Assembly: GCA_029555965.1 (NCBI GenBank)
Contig: JAKQHY010000096.1
Coordinates: 1 to 57,809, forward strand
DNA: 57,809 bases
Source of the DNA: Chloroflexota bacterium
Lineage (GTDB): Bacteria; Chloroflexota; Anaerolineae; B4-G1; SLSP01
Direction: 5' to 3'
Shown: positions 28,590-38,361 of the stretch, one piece after another
How positions within the stretch are numbered: position 1 is the first letter of the stretch
Layout: every line of letters starts with the position of its first letter
Program-made: the position numbers and the translations under genes
The notes under the pieces: model-generated
Database searches by the model: none
Told to the model about the DNA's origin: nothing
What the model saw: only the letters and a program-made list of their open reading frames with translations

Positions 28590-29069
28590 TTATGCCCGAA
28601 GCAGTATTCCCAACGCAACCGCACCGCCACCAACAAGGATATTGGCGACTCCATACCACAACACGGTGCGCTGCGCCACGGGACGCGGACGGGTCAACAC
28701 AGCCTGCGACGGCGCGGCAGGATTGTAGTAGACCGTCACCGGGCTGCCGACAGGGTGTCCCCGCACAATTTCCTCCGCGCGCGCCCGCTTCCGATAGGAG
28801 CGTTCAGTATAAGGCGCCGCGTCCAGCGCGGAGGCGGTATATGGGGTCCCCTCCACCGTGTAAGTGTATGTCAACGTCGGTGTGTACGTCGTCATCGCCG
28901 TTTCAGTTGTCTGCCGCGTATGCGCATAGACAAACGCTTCGGTCATCGTTCCCTGAACTGTAGGCCAATTCGGAATGCCCTGCTGACGACGGCGGGTCAT
29001 GAAAAAAGCGACTAAACAGCCAATCCCCAAAAGGATAGCGCCAGCGCCGAGTGCTATTAAGAACTCCAT
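28590..29069 (-). CDS. DUF3592-like small membrane protein
   Basis: N-terminal TM, a beta-rich middle region, and a C-terminal TM. A GGGAGG RBS is present upstream. Confidence 0.5.
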   Translation of the reverse strand: MEFLIALGAGAILLGIGCLVAFFMTRRRQQGIPNWPTVQGTMTEAFVYAHTRQTTETAMTTYTPTLTYTYTVEGTPYTASALDAAPYTERSYRKRARAEEIVRGHPVGSPVTVYYNPAAPSQAVLTRPRPVAQRTVLWYGVANILVGGGAVALGILLRA

Positions 29070-29243
29070 AGCGACCTCCCGTGGAAGGAATTATGGGAAA
29101 CTGGAAAACTGTCCCTATTGTATAAGACCCTGGCGCTTTGACAAGCTGAGGGATGCCCCGGCGCGCTTTGTTCGCCATAGAACGTACTGCATACTACATT
29201 TTGTGCAGTACACAGTATATTCCCCAAGTCAAGCCGAAACTTC

Positions 29244-31247
29244 TCAACTACCCTTAGCTGCCGTCCCTGGCGCTGCCTCGGGCGGTTTTTGCGCAATGCT
29301 CTGACGTACTTGTTGCCGCATGGCTTCGACTTCGGGGGAACGCGGCATTTTCTCCGCCGCAGCGCTCACGCCCATACGCTCCGACAGCAACATCGTCAGC
29401 AGTCCTTGCATCAAGTTGTTACTGCCCATGCCGCCTTCCTCGCCGCCGCCGCCGACCATGACGCGCGGCACCACATCCACCCGCGCCTGCTCGATGGCTT
29501 CGGCAAAGCGGTTGAGCACCTGCTGCGTGACCTGGTACTGCGGCCCGCCATACGCCTGCACCTGCTCTTCGGTAGCGATAGCCTGCGCAATACCGATGCG
29601 CGCGATCTTCTCGGATTCGGCCTCGGCCAGGGCGCGAATCTGCGCGGCCTGCTGCAACGCCCGCTGGTATTCGGCCTTGCCCTGGTTCGATTGCACCGTG
29701 ATGCTCAACTCCGACTCGGTAATCTTCGTCTGCTGCAAAGCGCGGGATTCGGCCTCGCGCAGTTCACGCTCCTTGATCGCCGCCTGCTCCTGGCGCGCAT
29801 AAGTCTCGATCTGCTCCACTGCGACCTGGCGCGAGCGCAACTGCATCAGGATTGTCTCAATCTGCTTGTCGCCCGTCGCCGGCTCCGGTGTGCCGATCAG
29901 CACCTCTTCCAACTCCAGGTTGTAGTGCATAAAGCGCTCTTTCATCTCCTGGCTGGCGAGCTGCTGGATCGCGCTGCGGTCTTGAATCAACTGGATGAGG
30001 GTGCGCATCTGCCCGATGTTTTTGAAGTAGGCCGACACCATGGGGTCCAACGTCTGCTCGACCAGCCGCTTCACGTCGCCAAAGCGCTGGATAACTAGCG
30101 GCGCCTTCTGGTAGTCAATGTGGACCACCACCGACAACGGCAGCGACGGCTCAAAAGCGTCTTTGGTAATGAGCGAGACTTCCTTCAGGTTCTCGTCGAG
30201 ACGGTGCATTCCGACCTCGGCGCGAATCCACTTGAGGATGATATTGGTCGTCGGCACCACGAAGACTTTACCGGCGTAGGTGTTGAAGGCGTACTTGCCG
30301 GGCAGGAGCGGCTCACTCCAGACGCCGCGCTGCCCCTTGCGCACCAACTCCCCGTGCCGATACTCAGTCCCAGAGAGATCCTCGCCAGTCTCGCCGGTGT
30401 AAGACACCACCACGCCGACCGTACCGACCTCGATAATGGTCTTGGGGATCATTTCCACCGTCGCAAACAACCGGTTGAGGTAATAGGTCCCTTCGACCAG
30501 CACCTCCAACTGTCGCCCGCGCATCCCCCCAGCCTTTAGAAAGATGTCCGGCCCCTGGAACTTGTTGTGATACGTCGCCGGGTCGGCCGGATCATCGCCG
30601 ACAATAGGAGCGATAATCTCGCCTTCCGGCAGCGATGGCCCGTCGTGGATGGTCACGATGCCGACCATGTCATCGGAGTCCTTGATCACCACCGGGCGGA
30701 AGCCGCCGCGCTCGTTAATGACCTCGGCCATTCGTTGGATGACAGATTCCTCGGCGCGGCTCATCGGCAAGTAATACACGCGCTCTTCCGTGATGACGAC
30801 GAATTGCGCCAGGTTGATAGCGTACGTTCCTTCGCGTAAGATTTGGCGCTGAGGCCCGCGCTGCCCACCCTGCGTCAAAAACGCCGTCACGTCCTGGAAG
30901 TCCTTGGCGGTCACGTTGGCAGCCAACGTCTGCATCGGGCTGAGCTGTTGACCGTCGCGCGCAAAGATGTAGCCAATTTTCCCCTGGGTGATCGTGACCA
31001 GGGGGACGATATGCACCCGGTACTGAATCGGGATCAGATAGTGCAACCCACCGCGCAGCACGTTGGGTTGGAAACCGGCCTCGCCGCTGAGCGCAATAAA
31101 GCCCTTCTTCACCGAGCCTTTGCCGCTCCAATGCTTCTCGACGATGCCGATGCGATTGTTAGGAATGTAGCGGATACCTGAGAGCGCCACCCCTAACAAG
31201 GCCAATACGATTAACACAAACAGACCAATCAGAATTTCCCATCCCAT
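29244..31247 (-). CDS. Flotillin-like SPFH/band-7 family protein (YqiK/FloT-like)
   Basis: N-terminal TM, an SPFH domain, and a long coiled-coil EA-rich flotillin repeat region (ELEEVLIGTPEP...AEAESEKIARIG...). Confidence 0.8.
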   Translation of the reverse strand: MGWEILIGLFVLIVLALLGVALSGIRYIPNNRIGIVEKHWSGKGSVKKGFIALSGEAGFQPNVLRGGLHYLIPIQYRVHIVPLVTITQGKIGYIFARDGQQLSPMQTLAANVTAKDFQDVTAFLTQGGQRGPQRQILREGTYAINLAQFVVITEERVYYLPMSRAEESVIQRMAEVINERGGFRPVVIKDSDDMVGIVTIHDGPSLPEGEIIAPIVGDDPADPATYHNKFQGPDIFLKAGGMRGRQLEVLVEGTYYLNRLFATVEMIPKTIIEVGTVGVVVSYTGETGEDLSGTEYRHGELVRKGQRGVWSEPLLPGKYAFNTYAGKVFVVPTTNIILKWIRAEVGMHRLDENLKEVSLITKDAFEPSLPLSVVVHIDYQKAPLVIQRFGDVKRLVEQTLDPMVSAYFKNIGQMRTLIQLIQDRSAIQQLASQEMKERFMHYNLELEEVLIGTPEPATGDKQIETILMQLRSRQVAVEQIETYARQEQAAIKERELREAESRALQQTKITESELSITVQSNQGKAEYQRALQQAAQIRALAEAESEKIARIGIAQAIATEEQVQAYGGPQYQVTQQVLNRFAEAIEQARVDVVPRVMVGGGGEEGGMGSNNLMQGLLTMLLSERMGVSAAAEKMPRSPEVEAMRQQVRQSIAQKPPEAAPGTAAKGS

Positions 31248-31326
31248 GGTACACCTCCCTTGGAGTACCTTTAGCCACTAGCGCGTGAAATCACACACTT
31301 TGATAACGCATCACGCGCGAAACACC

Positions 31327-32328
31327 TCAAAATTCTTGCAACAATGTCAGCAACGCTCGATCCAGCTTGTGTCCGCGCCAATCTTCGTAGGCCACATCCG
31401 CCCGCCCGGAATCCAGGATGCCAAACGCGCCCCGGAAATTCCACAGCGCGTAGCCGATGTTGTACCCCGTAAGAATGTCCAACACGTCGCGGAGCCAGGC
31501 CAGAACAACGGCGTGCGGCGTCTGGTTGAAGGCGCCGCCCTCGCCGCAGTGGACGCCGACGCCCTGCGCCGCCAGATCGGCCCATTGGCGATAGTGCGCT
31601 TCCAGCCGCGCCCGATCCCACGGCTCGCCGCCATGCAACGCGCCGGGCCACGTCGGTTCGGGCAGCCCGCCGCTGTCCACCCAACCGGCCTTGTAATGAC
31701 TCACGCCCATTGGGATGTAGGCCCGGCAGCTCTGCGCCACGCCCAAATCGGCCAGTTCCGGGCAGGGATCGTTGCCCCAGGTCAAGCCGTCAATGAGGAT
31801 CAGTCGCTCCGGGTCCACGGCGCGAATGGCGGCCACGGCGGCGCGAATCACACGGGCGTGATCCTCGCGCGTCATAAAGTCTGGCGTGGGGTTCTTCGGC
31901 TCGTTAATCAGGTTGAAGCTCAATTGCTCTGAGGGTATGCCCTGATAACGCCGCGCAAATGTCTCCCAATGGAAGCAAAACGCATCGAGCGCGGCTCGAT
32001 CCTTCCACAGATTGAAGGGTTCATCGCGCTCCCCATTGACCGAGTAGCCCGGCCCACGGTGAAAATTCAGGTCAATGTGAATGCCATATTGCTGCCCCAG
32101 TCGCAGCACGCGATCCACCTTCTCCAACATCGGCTCGTGGAGTTTGTAGGGATCGCCGTCCTCGATCCACAGCAGATAGCACGCCGGGATGCGGGCGAAG
32201 TTGAACCCCCAATCGCGCATCCAGCGGAAATCGTCCTCGCGGAAGTTGCCGTCATTGCGCGTGGTAAACAATTCCAGCAGATTAAAACCGCGCCAACGAG
32301 GTAGCACCGTTTGTTTGATGTCAGACAT
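31327..32328 (-). CDS. Glycoside hydrolase family 5 (cellulase-like)
   Basis: GH5 TIM-barrel motifs: FNFARIP, the NEP catalytic acid (LINEPKNP), and GEGGAF region. Confidence 0.8.
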   Translation of the reverse strand: MSDIKQTVLPRWRGFNLLELFTTRNDGNFREDDFRWMRDWGFNFARIPACYLLWIEDGDPYKLHEPMLEKVDRVLRLGQQYGIHIDLNFHRGPGYSVNGERDEPFNLWKDRAALDAFCFHWETFARRYQGIPSEQLSFNLINEPKNPTPDFMTREDHARVIRAAVAAIRAVDPERLILIDGLTWGNDPCPELADLGVAQSCRAYIPMGVSHYKAGWVDSGGLPEPTWPGALHGGEPWDRARLEAHYRQWADLAAQGVGVHCGEGGAFNQTPHAVVLAWLRDVLDILTGYNIGYALWNFRGAFGILDSGRADVAYEDWRGHKLDRALLTLLQEF

Positions 32329-32478
32329 ACGCCCTCCTGGTCGCTACTTGTTTTTGAATAAGCTTTCAAGAGATATTGGGCGCAGATAAACGCGGATGAA
32401 CGCTGTTTTTAAATTATCTGCGTGAACCTGCGAAAACCTACGCCCTCATAGCCTTTTTCATTATTGTGGAACAGCCTT

Positions 32479-32651
32479 AGAATCTATCCGAAAATTCGTT
32501 TTGGCCCACGATTTGCGCCTAAAGGCGCGGTTTGAAGGGCATTTTTTCGTGGGCGGGCGTAGCCCGCCCAAAAAACACCTTCCTGAAAGCGGCTTTAGCC
32601 GCAAGACCCGGCGCAGCGGCGCAACGCCGCTATAATTTTCGGATAGGTTCT
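32479..32651. mobile_element. MITE-like repeat copy 1 (~173 bp, 18-bp terminal inverted repeats AGAAyCTATCCGAAAATT)
   Basis: Near-identical (~90%) reverse-complement copy at 43281..43456. Internal hairpins (GGGCGGGC-tac-GCCCGCCC, GCGGCGTTGCGCCGC, GCGCCTTTAGGCGC). It has no coding capacity. Confidence 0.75.
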
Positions 32652-32688
32652 TAATGAGTAACGAATCATGAGTGACCAGACTCTCTAC

Positions 32689-33669
32689 TCATTTCCCATT
32701 ACCTATTTCCACTTTTCTGAATAAAAAACGTTGCCACAAGTGCGCGAGGCGGCCTACGTCGGGGATATATTCGGTCACAAACTCAAAATCATAAGTTGCC
32801 ATAAAAGTTTTCAACGCCTCGGGTTCATAGGCGCGCACAGTCAACAATTCCAAGGATTCTCCCGACTTTAAGGCAACATCTCCCAGAAAACAGGTGAAGG
32901 TGAATGCGTCGTGGGCGCGGAAGAAGTAGGCGTAACGCCACGCTTCGAGGTCGGGATCAGGCGTCTCGACGCCATACAATTCCCCGGCCTCCGGCGCAAT
33001 ACAGAGGCGCTCCAACAGGTGGGTAAAAAACAAGGGCATATTCTGGGGCAATTGTAGCAGCCGCGCGCGCAGCGCCTGGTCGCGTTCCGGCTCGCCATAT
33101 AATGGCACAATGTCCAGGTAAAGGTAATCGCCCGGCGTCAGCAGTGTCTGCAAAATCCCGGCGATCACGGGTTGCTCGAAATTGCCAAACGTCCCCCCCA
33201 ACATCACATAGAGACGCGCATCAAAGATGCCAAGCAACTCCTCTAGCGTCTGTCGCAACATGGCGGTTGAAAAATCAGCCAGCAGAAACATCCGCGTGAA
33301 AGTCTCGTCGGCCAGAGTGCGATCCGCGAGGCGCAACATCGTCCGCGACGAATCCACCCCAAAGTAGGCAAACGGGTATCCCTCTGCGTGGGCCTGGCGC
33401 AGCAGCATTTTCTCCGCCCCCGCATTGCCGCAGCCCAAGCTCACAAAAGCCAGCGTCCGATCAGGCTGCCAGAAGGGCTGTTGGGCAAAGAAGGCATACT
33501 CATCCTGCCATTTGAGCGCCTTAAAGTCCTCCCCGCGATAGGTGTAAAACGATTCTGCCCCATCCATCAAGTAAAAGAGATTCTGGCGGATCTTCCGCGT
33601 GCGTTGAAACTCGGTTAAATAGTCAGTTTCCAGCTCATATTCTGGGGATACTACAATGACCTGTGCCAT
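32689..33669 (-). CDS. EgtD-like SAM-dependent methyltransferase (Methyltransf_33 / histidine N-alpha-methyltransferase family)
   Basis: The SLGCGNAGAEKMLL nucleotide-binding region and overall length and architecture resemble EgtD-family enzymes. No EgtB/EgtC is nearby. Confidence 0.6.
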   Translation of the reverse strand: MAQVIVVSPEYELETDYLTEFQRTRKIRQNLFYLMDGAESFYTYRGEDFKALKWQDEYAFFAQQPFWQPDRTLAFVSLGCGNAGAEKMLLRQAHAEGYPFAYFGVDSSRTMLRLADRTLADETFTRMFLLADFSTAMLRQTLEELLGIFDARLYVMLGGTFGNFEQPVIAGILQTLLTPGDYLYLDIVPLYGEPERDQALRARLLQLPQNMPLFFTHLLERLCIAPEAGELYGVETPDPDLEAWRYAYFFRAHDAFTFTCFLGDVALKSGESLELLTVRAYEPEALKTFMATYDFEFVTEYIPDVGRLAHLWQRFLFRKVEIGNGK

Positions 33670-33685
33670 ACCCGCTCCTTGAGGT

Positions 33686-34189
33686 TCAATCGCTCTGCCG
33701 CCGCAGGCGTGATAGCAGACGTCGCAAACCCAACGCAGCCAACAACGTCAACAGTACCGCCACAGCAAAGTTGAGGCGCAGATGCACACCCAGAGACAGT
33801 CCAGCCAATATAGCGCCGATCCCCAAGATGAGCGCCAACTGTCCCAAATGCCGCCGCTCCAAGTCATCACTGGCCTCAATGCGCGCCACCAGGTGGCAAC
33901 GATGGTAAAAATGTTCCATATCCCAGGCCGCCAACAGCGCCAGCGTCCCCACCAGCAGCCAGCCTGATGGTAGATCGGACAGCGCGCCTATCATCACCAT
34001 CAGCAGGATACCGGTCGCACACAGGTTGCCCAACGATGGCTGCTTACGATAGACGCCCACCAACCACCAGACTCCCAGGGCCAACAGGATCAACACCTGC
34101 CCGGTTCTGCCAGATAGAGCGTAAGCCGCCAACGGCGTCCCGGCAGCCAGGGCAATGCAGTATGGCAACAATCGCGGCGTCCACTTCAT
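33686..34189 (-). CDS. Hypothetical membrane protein (4-5 TM)
   Basis: The ATG at 34189 overlaps the DUF58 stop (ATGA). Hydrophobic throughout. Confidence 0.5.
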   Translation of the reverse strand: MKWTPRLLPYCIALAAGTPLAAYALSGRTGQVLILLALGVWWLVGVYRKQPSLGNLCATGILLMVMIGALSDLPSGWLLVGTLALLAAWDMEHFYHRCHLVARIEASDDLERRHLGQLALILGIGAILAGLSLGVHLRLNFAVAVLLTLLAALGLRRLLSRLRRQSD

Positions 34190-35472
34190 GATGACACCTC
34201 CACAGCGCGGAACCACAACGGCGTCCGTCCGATTGCAGCATAGACCGTCTGCTCAAATGCCTGGTTGACGTCCCAATCCACCACGGGAATGCCGGCGTTG
34301 CGCAGTTTGCGCAGCAACAGGGCGCGTTCCAGTTGTGCGAGTCGGACGGCCACCTTCCCCAATTCCTGGTCGGCCAATGTGCGGGACTCAAAGCGCACGG
34401 GGTCAGGGCTGACCACCAACATCTGGTAACCGCGCGAACGCAAGCGGCTCAACATCTGTGGGTCCTCCTCACACAGTGGGCTGATGAGGACGAGCTGCGA
34501 TTTGGCGGCAAAGAGGCGCGTGGGCAAATAATCCAGGCTCTCAAACACCAGGCTGTCGCCGGTTTTGGCCCGGGCCAGTCCCCGCAGGATCTGCTCGCGC
34601 TGCACCTTGCCGTAACCGGGGAAAGTCCATTCCAGGCCGCGTCCGTAGACCAACAACGTCACCCGGTTGCCGTCGTTCAAAAACACGCCCGCCAGCGCCG
34701 CCGTCGCACGCACACTGTACTCAAACAGCGATTCGCCATTGACGCGATAATCGTTGCGGCGACGCGCGTCCAAGATCAAGCCCACGTCGGCCACGCGCTC
34801 CTGCTCAAACTCGTTCGTGAACAGACTACGCGAATGTCGCGCGCTGATGCGCCAGTTGATCCAGCGTTGCGGGTCGCCCGGTTGATACTCACGCACCCCG
34901 AAGAAGTCCACGCCAGAACCGCCCGCCCGCGCCGGGATCGGGCCGGCATAACCGCGCGTCTGCAAAGGGCGGATCGGCACACGCCGCAGGCGCAACACCT
35001 CCGGCAACACCAGCAGCACTTCCGGCGCCTCCAGACGCGCGCGGCGCCGGAATAACCCCAACGGCTCGGTCGCTACAACATGAATGTTGCGAAACTCATA
35101 AGTGCCACGCAGTCCTTTGACCACATAACGCAGGGTCAGGGTTTCACCGGCGGGCAACCGCCCCCCCAACTGGGTCTCTCCTTCGACCAGCGACAGTCCT
35201 TCGGGCAACATGTCACTGACCAGGATCTCCGCGAGATGACTGCCGAGGTTCTGAATGACTATCGTGACTTCCACCGGCAGTTCCTGCGACACACATGTTG
35301 TGTTCAACGTGCGCGTGACTTGAAGTCGTAGTTCTTCAGGGCTTTGCAGCAACGCCGCCAGGATATAGACAGCCGGCGGGATTGCCAGGGCCACCAGTTC
35401 CCCACTAAGGGCAAAGAAAGCAACGATGAGGAACAAGTACAGCCCAATACTCAACAACGACAAACGTTTCAC
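34186..35472 (-). CDS. DUF58 domain protein (VWA-like; MoxR-associated)
   Basis: DUF58 signature DFFGVREYQPGDPQRWINWRISARH. Start uncertain: GTG at 35472 with GAGG upstream, or the ORF start at 35556 with a long overlap. Confidence 0.75.
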   Translation of the reverse strand: MKRLSLLSIGLYLFLIVAFFALSGELVALAIPPAVYILAALLQSPEELRLQVTRTLNTTCVSQELPVEVTIVIQNLGSHLAEILVSDMLPEGLSLVEGETQLGGRLPAGETLTLRYVVKGLRGTYEFRNIHVVATEPLGLFRRRARLEAPEVLLVLPEVLRLRRVPIRPLQTRGYAGPIPARAGGSGVDFFGVREYQPGDPQRWINWRISARHSRSLFTNEFEQERVADVGLILDARRRNDYRVNGESLFEYSVRATAALAGVFLNDGNRVTLLVYGRGLEWTFPGYGKVQREQILRGLARAKTGDSLVFESLDYLPTRLFAAKSQLVLISPLCEEDPQMLSRLRSRGYQMLVVSPDPVRFESRTLADQELGKVAVRLAQLERALLLRKLRNAGIPVVDWDVNQAFEQTVYAAIGRTPLWFRAVEVSS

Positions 35473-35483
35473 AATCGTCAACC

Positions 35484-36440
35484 TCAGATCACAGGAACCG
35501 GGACCTGCCGCAACACTTCGGTGATAACGTCGGCAGAGGCATGGCGATTCATCCACAAATCCGGTTCAAGAATCAGCCGGTGGGATAAGCCGGGGAAAGC
35601 GAACAGTTTGACATCGTCAGGCAGCACGAAAGTGCGACCATGCATCGCGGCCCAGGTGCGCGCGAGCTTCAGCAAGGCCAGAGAACCACGCGGGCTGGCG
35701 CCCACTGCAACGTGGCGGTTCTGCCGCGTCCCCTCCACCAACTCGACAATGTAGCGCTCCACGTCGTCGTCCACATGAACGCCTTCGATGGCTTCACGCA
35801 GCGCCAACAACGTCTCGGCATCCACTACCTGCTCAAGCGTGAAGGCATCCTGCCGACGTTTGCGCCGCCGCCGCAAGATTTCCTGTTCCTCCGCGGGGGT
35901 GGGATACCCTACCGATAACTTCATGATGAAGCGATCCAGTTGCGCTTCCGGCAGGGGAAAGGTGCCCTCGTATTCGATGGGGTTCTGGGTCGCAATAACA
36001 ATGAAGGGATCGGGCAGCGGCATGGTCTCGCCTTCCAGCGTGACCTGGTATTCCTGCATCGCTTCCAGCAGCGCCGACTGCGTTTTAGGTGAAGCGCGGT
36101 TGATCTCATCCGCCAGAATGATGTTAGCAAAAATTGGGCCAGGGCGCAGCACGAACTGGTTTTGTACGCGATCGTAGATATACCCCCCCGTGATATCGCT
36201 GGGCAACAGGTCTGGGGTAAATTGAATTCGCTTAAAGGTCAACCCCAGAGCGTTGGCAAAACTGTTGGCGATGAGCGTCTTGGCCAGGCCGGGGTAATCT
36301 TCCAACAACACATGTCCCCCCGAGGTTAAAAAGGCCGCCATCACCTTTTCCAACACCTCATGCTTCCCTACGATGGCCTTCTCCACCTCCGCAATGATAC
36401 GGTTCGTCAAAGGGGCGATTTCAGTGGTTTTCAATGTCAT
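35484..36440 (-). CDS. MoxR family AAA+ ATPase
   Basis: Walker A (LLEDYPGLAKT), Walker B (DEINRASPKTQSALLEAM), and sensor motifs. ATG at 36440 with a GGAGG RBS. Confidence 0.85.
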   Translation of the reverse strand: MTLKTTEIAPLTNRIIAEVEKAIVGKHEVLEKVMAAFLTSGGHVLLEDYPGLAKTLIANSFANALGLTFKRIQFTPDLLPSDITGGYIYDRVQNQFVLRPGPIFANIILADEINRASPKTQSALLEAMQEYQVTLEGETMPLPDPFIVIATQNPIEYEGTFPLPEAQLDRFIMKLSVGYPTPAEEQEILRRRRKRRQDAFTLEQVVDAETLLALREAIEGVHVDDDVERYIVELVEGTRQNRHVAVGASPRGSLALLKLARTWAAMHGRTFVLPDDVKLFAFPGLSHRLILEPDLWMNRHASADVITEVLRQVPVPVI

Positions 36441-37158
36441 GCACAACCTCCATTTCATTTTCGAGGAATATCAACAACTGTCCCATGTCCACATTTAGAG
36501 TGGGCTGCGCGTCACGATTCTGGCGGATCCCCAGTCCCCACAGAAAACGCGCCCACCAGGATTGTGAAGTCGGCGGCTGCGCCGACATCCCGGCTCGCAA
36601 GTAGGTGGCGATTTCGGGCGACAGGTTATATTGGCCGCTTTGCAAGCGCTCACGGACTTCACCCGGCGTAATCTTGTCCTCGTAGGAAAGCACGTCGGTC
36701 GCCAGCTTGGCCATGTTGCGCGCCATGCCCCACTTTGAATACTGTCCCGTGCCCGCCAACGTCAGCCGCCGCAGCCAAAACGCCACCCGCCCCTCCGGCG
36801 GCCCGCCCTCCGGCAACTGTGGGGAGTGAATGATGCGTTTGGCGCCGAATAAACTGGGGTAGACAATGCGGATGAAGAAAAAGATGGCTAAAAACCAGAA
36901 AAATGGTTGGGGGATTCCTTCCAGTAAAAAGCGCAGTAGCCACAGAATATACAGAATTGGCAGCACCAGCAGTTTCATAGCCAGGCCGCGTACCAGAAAC
37001 ATCAAAATCAACGCGATGAACACTAGCAGCACAATTGCCAGCGCCCATCGCCGGGGACCTCCTCGCACAACAAATTCAAGCAGCGAACCCGGCGTCAATT
37101 TCCAACGGGGTTGCTGAGAAGGGGACGTGAGATTATCCGCACTATGAGACACTTGCAC
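36421..37158 (-). CDS. Hypothetical membrane protein of the MoxR/DUF58 cluster
   Basis: Two or three TM helices with a soluble C-terminal region. GTG start immediately after the tagacgg repeat array. Start uncertain. Confidence 0.5.
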   Translation of the reverse strand: MQVSHSADNLTSPSQQPRWKLTPGSLLEFVVRGGPRRWALAIVLLVFIALILMFLVRGLAMKLLVLPILYILWLLRFLLEGIPQPFFWFLAIFFFIRIVYPSLFGAKRIIHSPQLPEGGPPEGRVAFWLRRLTLAGTGQYSKWGMARNMAKLATDVLSYEDKITPGEVRERLQSGQYNLSPEIATYLRAGMSAQPPTSQSWWARFLWGLGIRQNRDAQPTLNVDMGQLLIFLENEMEVVHDIENH

Positions 37159-37166
37159 CTCTTATC

Positions 37167-37270
37167 AGTAGACGGTAGACAGTAGACGGTAGACAGTAGA
37201 CGGTAGACAGTAGACGGTAGACAGTAGACGGTAGACGGCAGACGGCGCTGTTTGCTTTCTACTGTCTACC
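37167..37270. repeat. tagacgg/tagacag heptamer array (x~9) followed by an inverted ctactgtctacc
   Basis: Lies between DUF4129 and the downstream membrane-protein gene. Confidence 0.85.
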
Positions 37271-37272
37271 CA

Positions 37273-38175
37273 TCACATGTTCCGACAGGCCTCGACGATG
37301 GAGGTGAGGCAAACGATCGCTTGATCTTCCTCCTGTTCGCCAGGCATGGCTGCACCATACCGCACTTTCTCGAACAACAAAGTTAATTGATGCACTGAAC
37401 TTCCAGGCAATCCGTAATGCGCCAGACGCGACTCGAATTCCCTGGGCGTCATCGCGCTGTCACGCTGAATTCCGCGCTGGGTGCGCAACACCTCGCTCAT
37501 CTCACGGTAGCACCGGATAATGGTATTGCGAAAGTCAGCGCCGGCCTGCAACGCATCCAATGCCGATTGCGCCCCCTGCGCCAATTCATCCATCGGCGTG
37601 GTTTTAGGCGTCAGGCGATGGGTCGCCGCCCAGATCAGTCGCGCGAGGCCAAGCACCAACGCCAACGCCAGAACAAAACTGGCAGCCCAGGTCAACCAGG
37701 GCGGGGAATTGGTCTCAAATTCTGGGATATCTTCCAGAGATGCTTCGGGCAGAGGGTCTTCCTGCATCGCCATGTTGGAAAGGTCTATCGGCTCTACCAT
37801 TTGCGTCATAGTTTCCATAAAACTGGAACGCAGCAGCAGCCAGGCCAGGAATATGAAGAGCAATACCCGCAATAACTCGCGCAACATCTGCTTGCGCATG
37901 TCGGGAAAAAAGATAATGCCTATGATAAAAAACAGGAGAAGGGATAAAAAGAGAACGGATAGGGTCCGCGCGAGAAGCGCCATATCATTGCCGAAGGGAA
38001 TCGGCGCGACCGCATCGCCGGTGTGACCGAGATCGCCAAATAGAAGCTGCCACCAAACACTCCAGGGCCAGCCCTCTGACAATTTCAGCTCCGACAGCCC
38101 GGCAGCCAGCAGCCACAAAGCCAGCAGAACGCTGCCAACCAGCAACCAGGCGCGCCGCTTTTCACGCTTATTCAT
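37273..38175 (-). CDS. DUF4129 domain membrane protein
   Basis: C-terminal TPREFESRLAHYGLP...LLFEKVRYGA matches DUF4129. N-terminal TM helices are present. Confidence 0.65.
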   Translation of the reverse strand: MNKREKRRAWLLVGSVLLALWLLAAGLSELKLSEGWPWSVWWQLLFGDLGHTGDAVAPIPFGNDMALLARTLSVLFLSLLLFFIIGIIFFPDMRKQMLRELLRVLLFIFLAWLLLRSSFMETMTQMVEPIDLSNMAMQEDPLPEASLEDIPEFETNSPPWLTWAASFVLALALVLGLARLIWAATHRLTPKTTPMDELAQGAQSALDALQAGADFRNTIIRCYREMSEVLRTQRGIQRDSAMTPREFESRLAHYGLPGSSVHQLTLLFEKVRYGAAMPGEQEEDQAIVCLTSIVEACRNM

Positions 38176-38361
38176 TTTGAATTCCTGTGGGTATTCTTAA
38201 GCCCTTAGTGAGGCAACTTATGGGGTACATGGACGCTATTTATGTTTGTCACCTGTTGGAGATGTGAACACATTCACAAGTCATTATACTCTACAACGGC
38301 CAAACTACCAAACCAAACACCGCCCCAGCAAACTGAGGCGGTGTTTGGGGGGTGGCTCACG

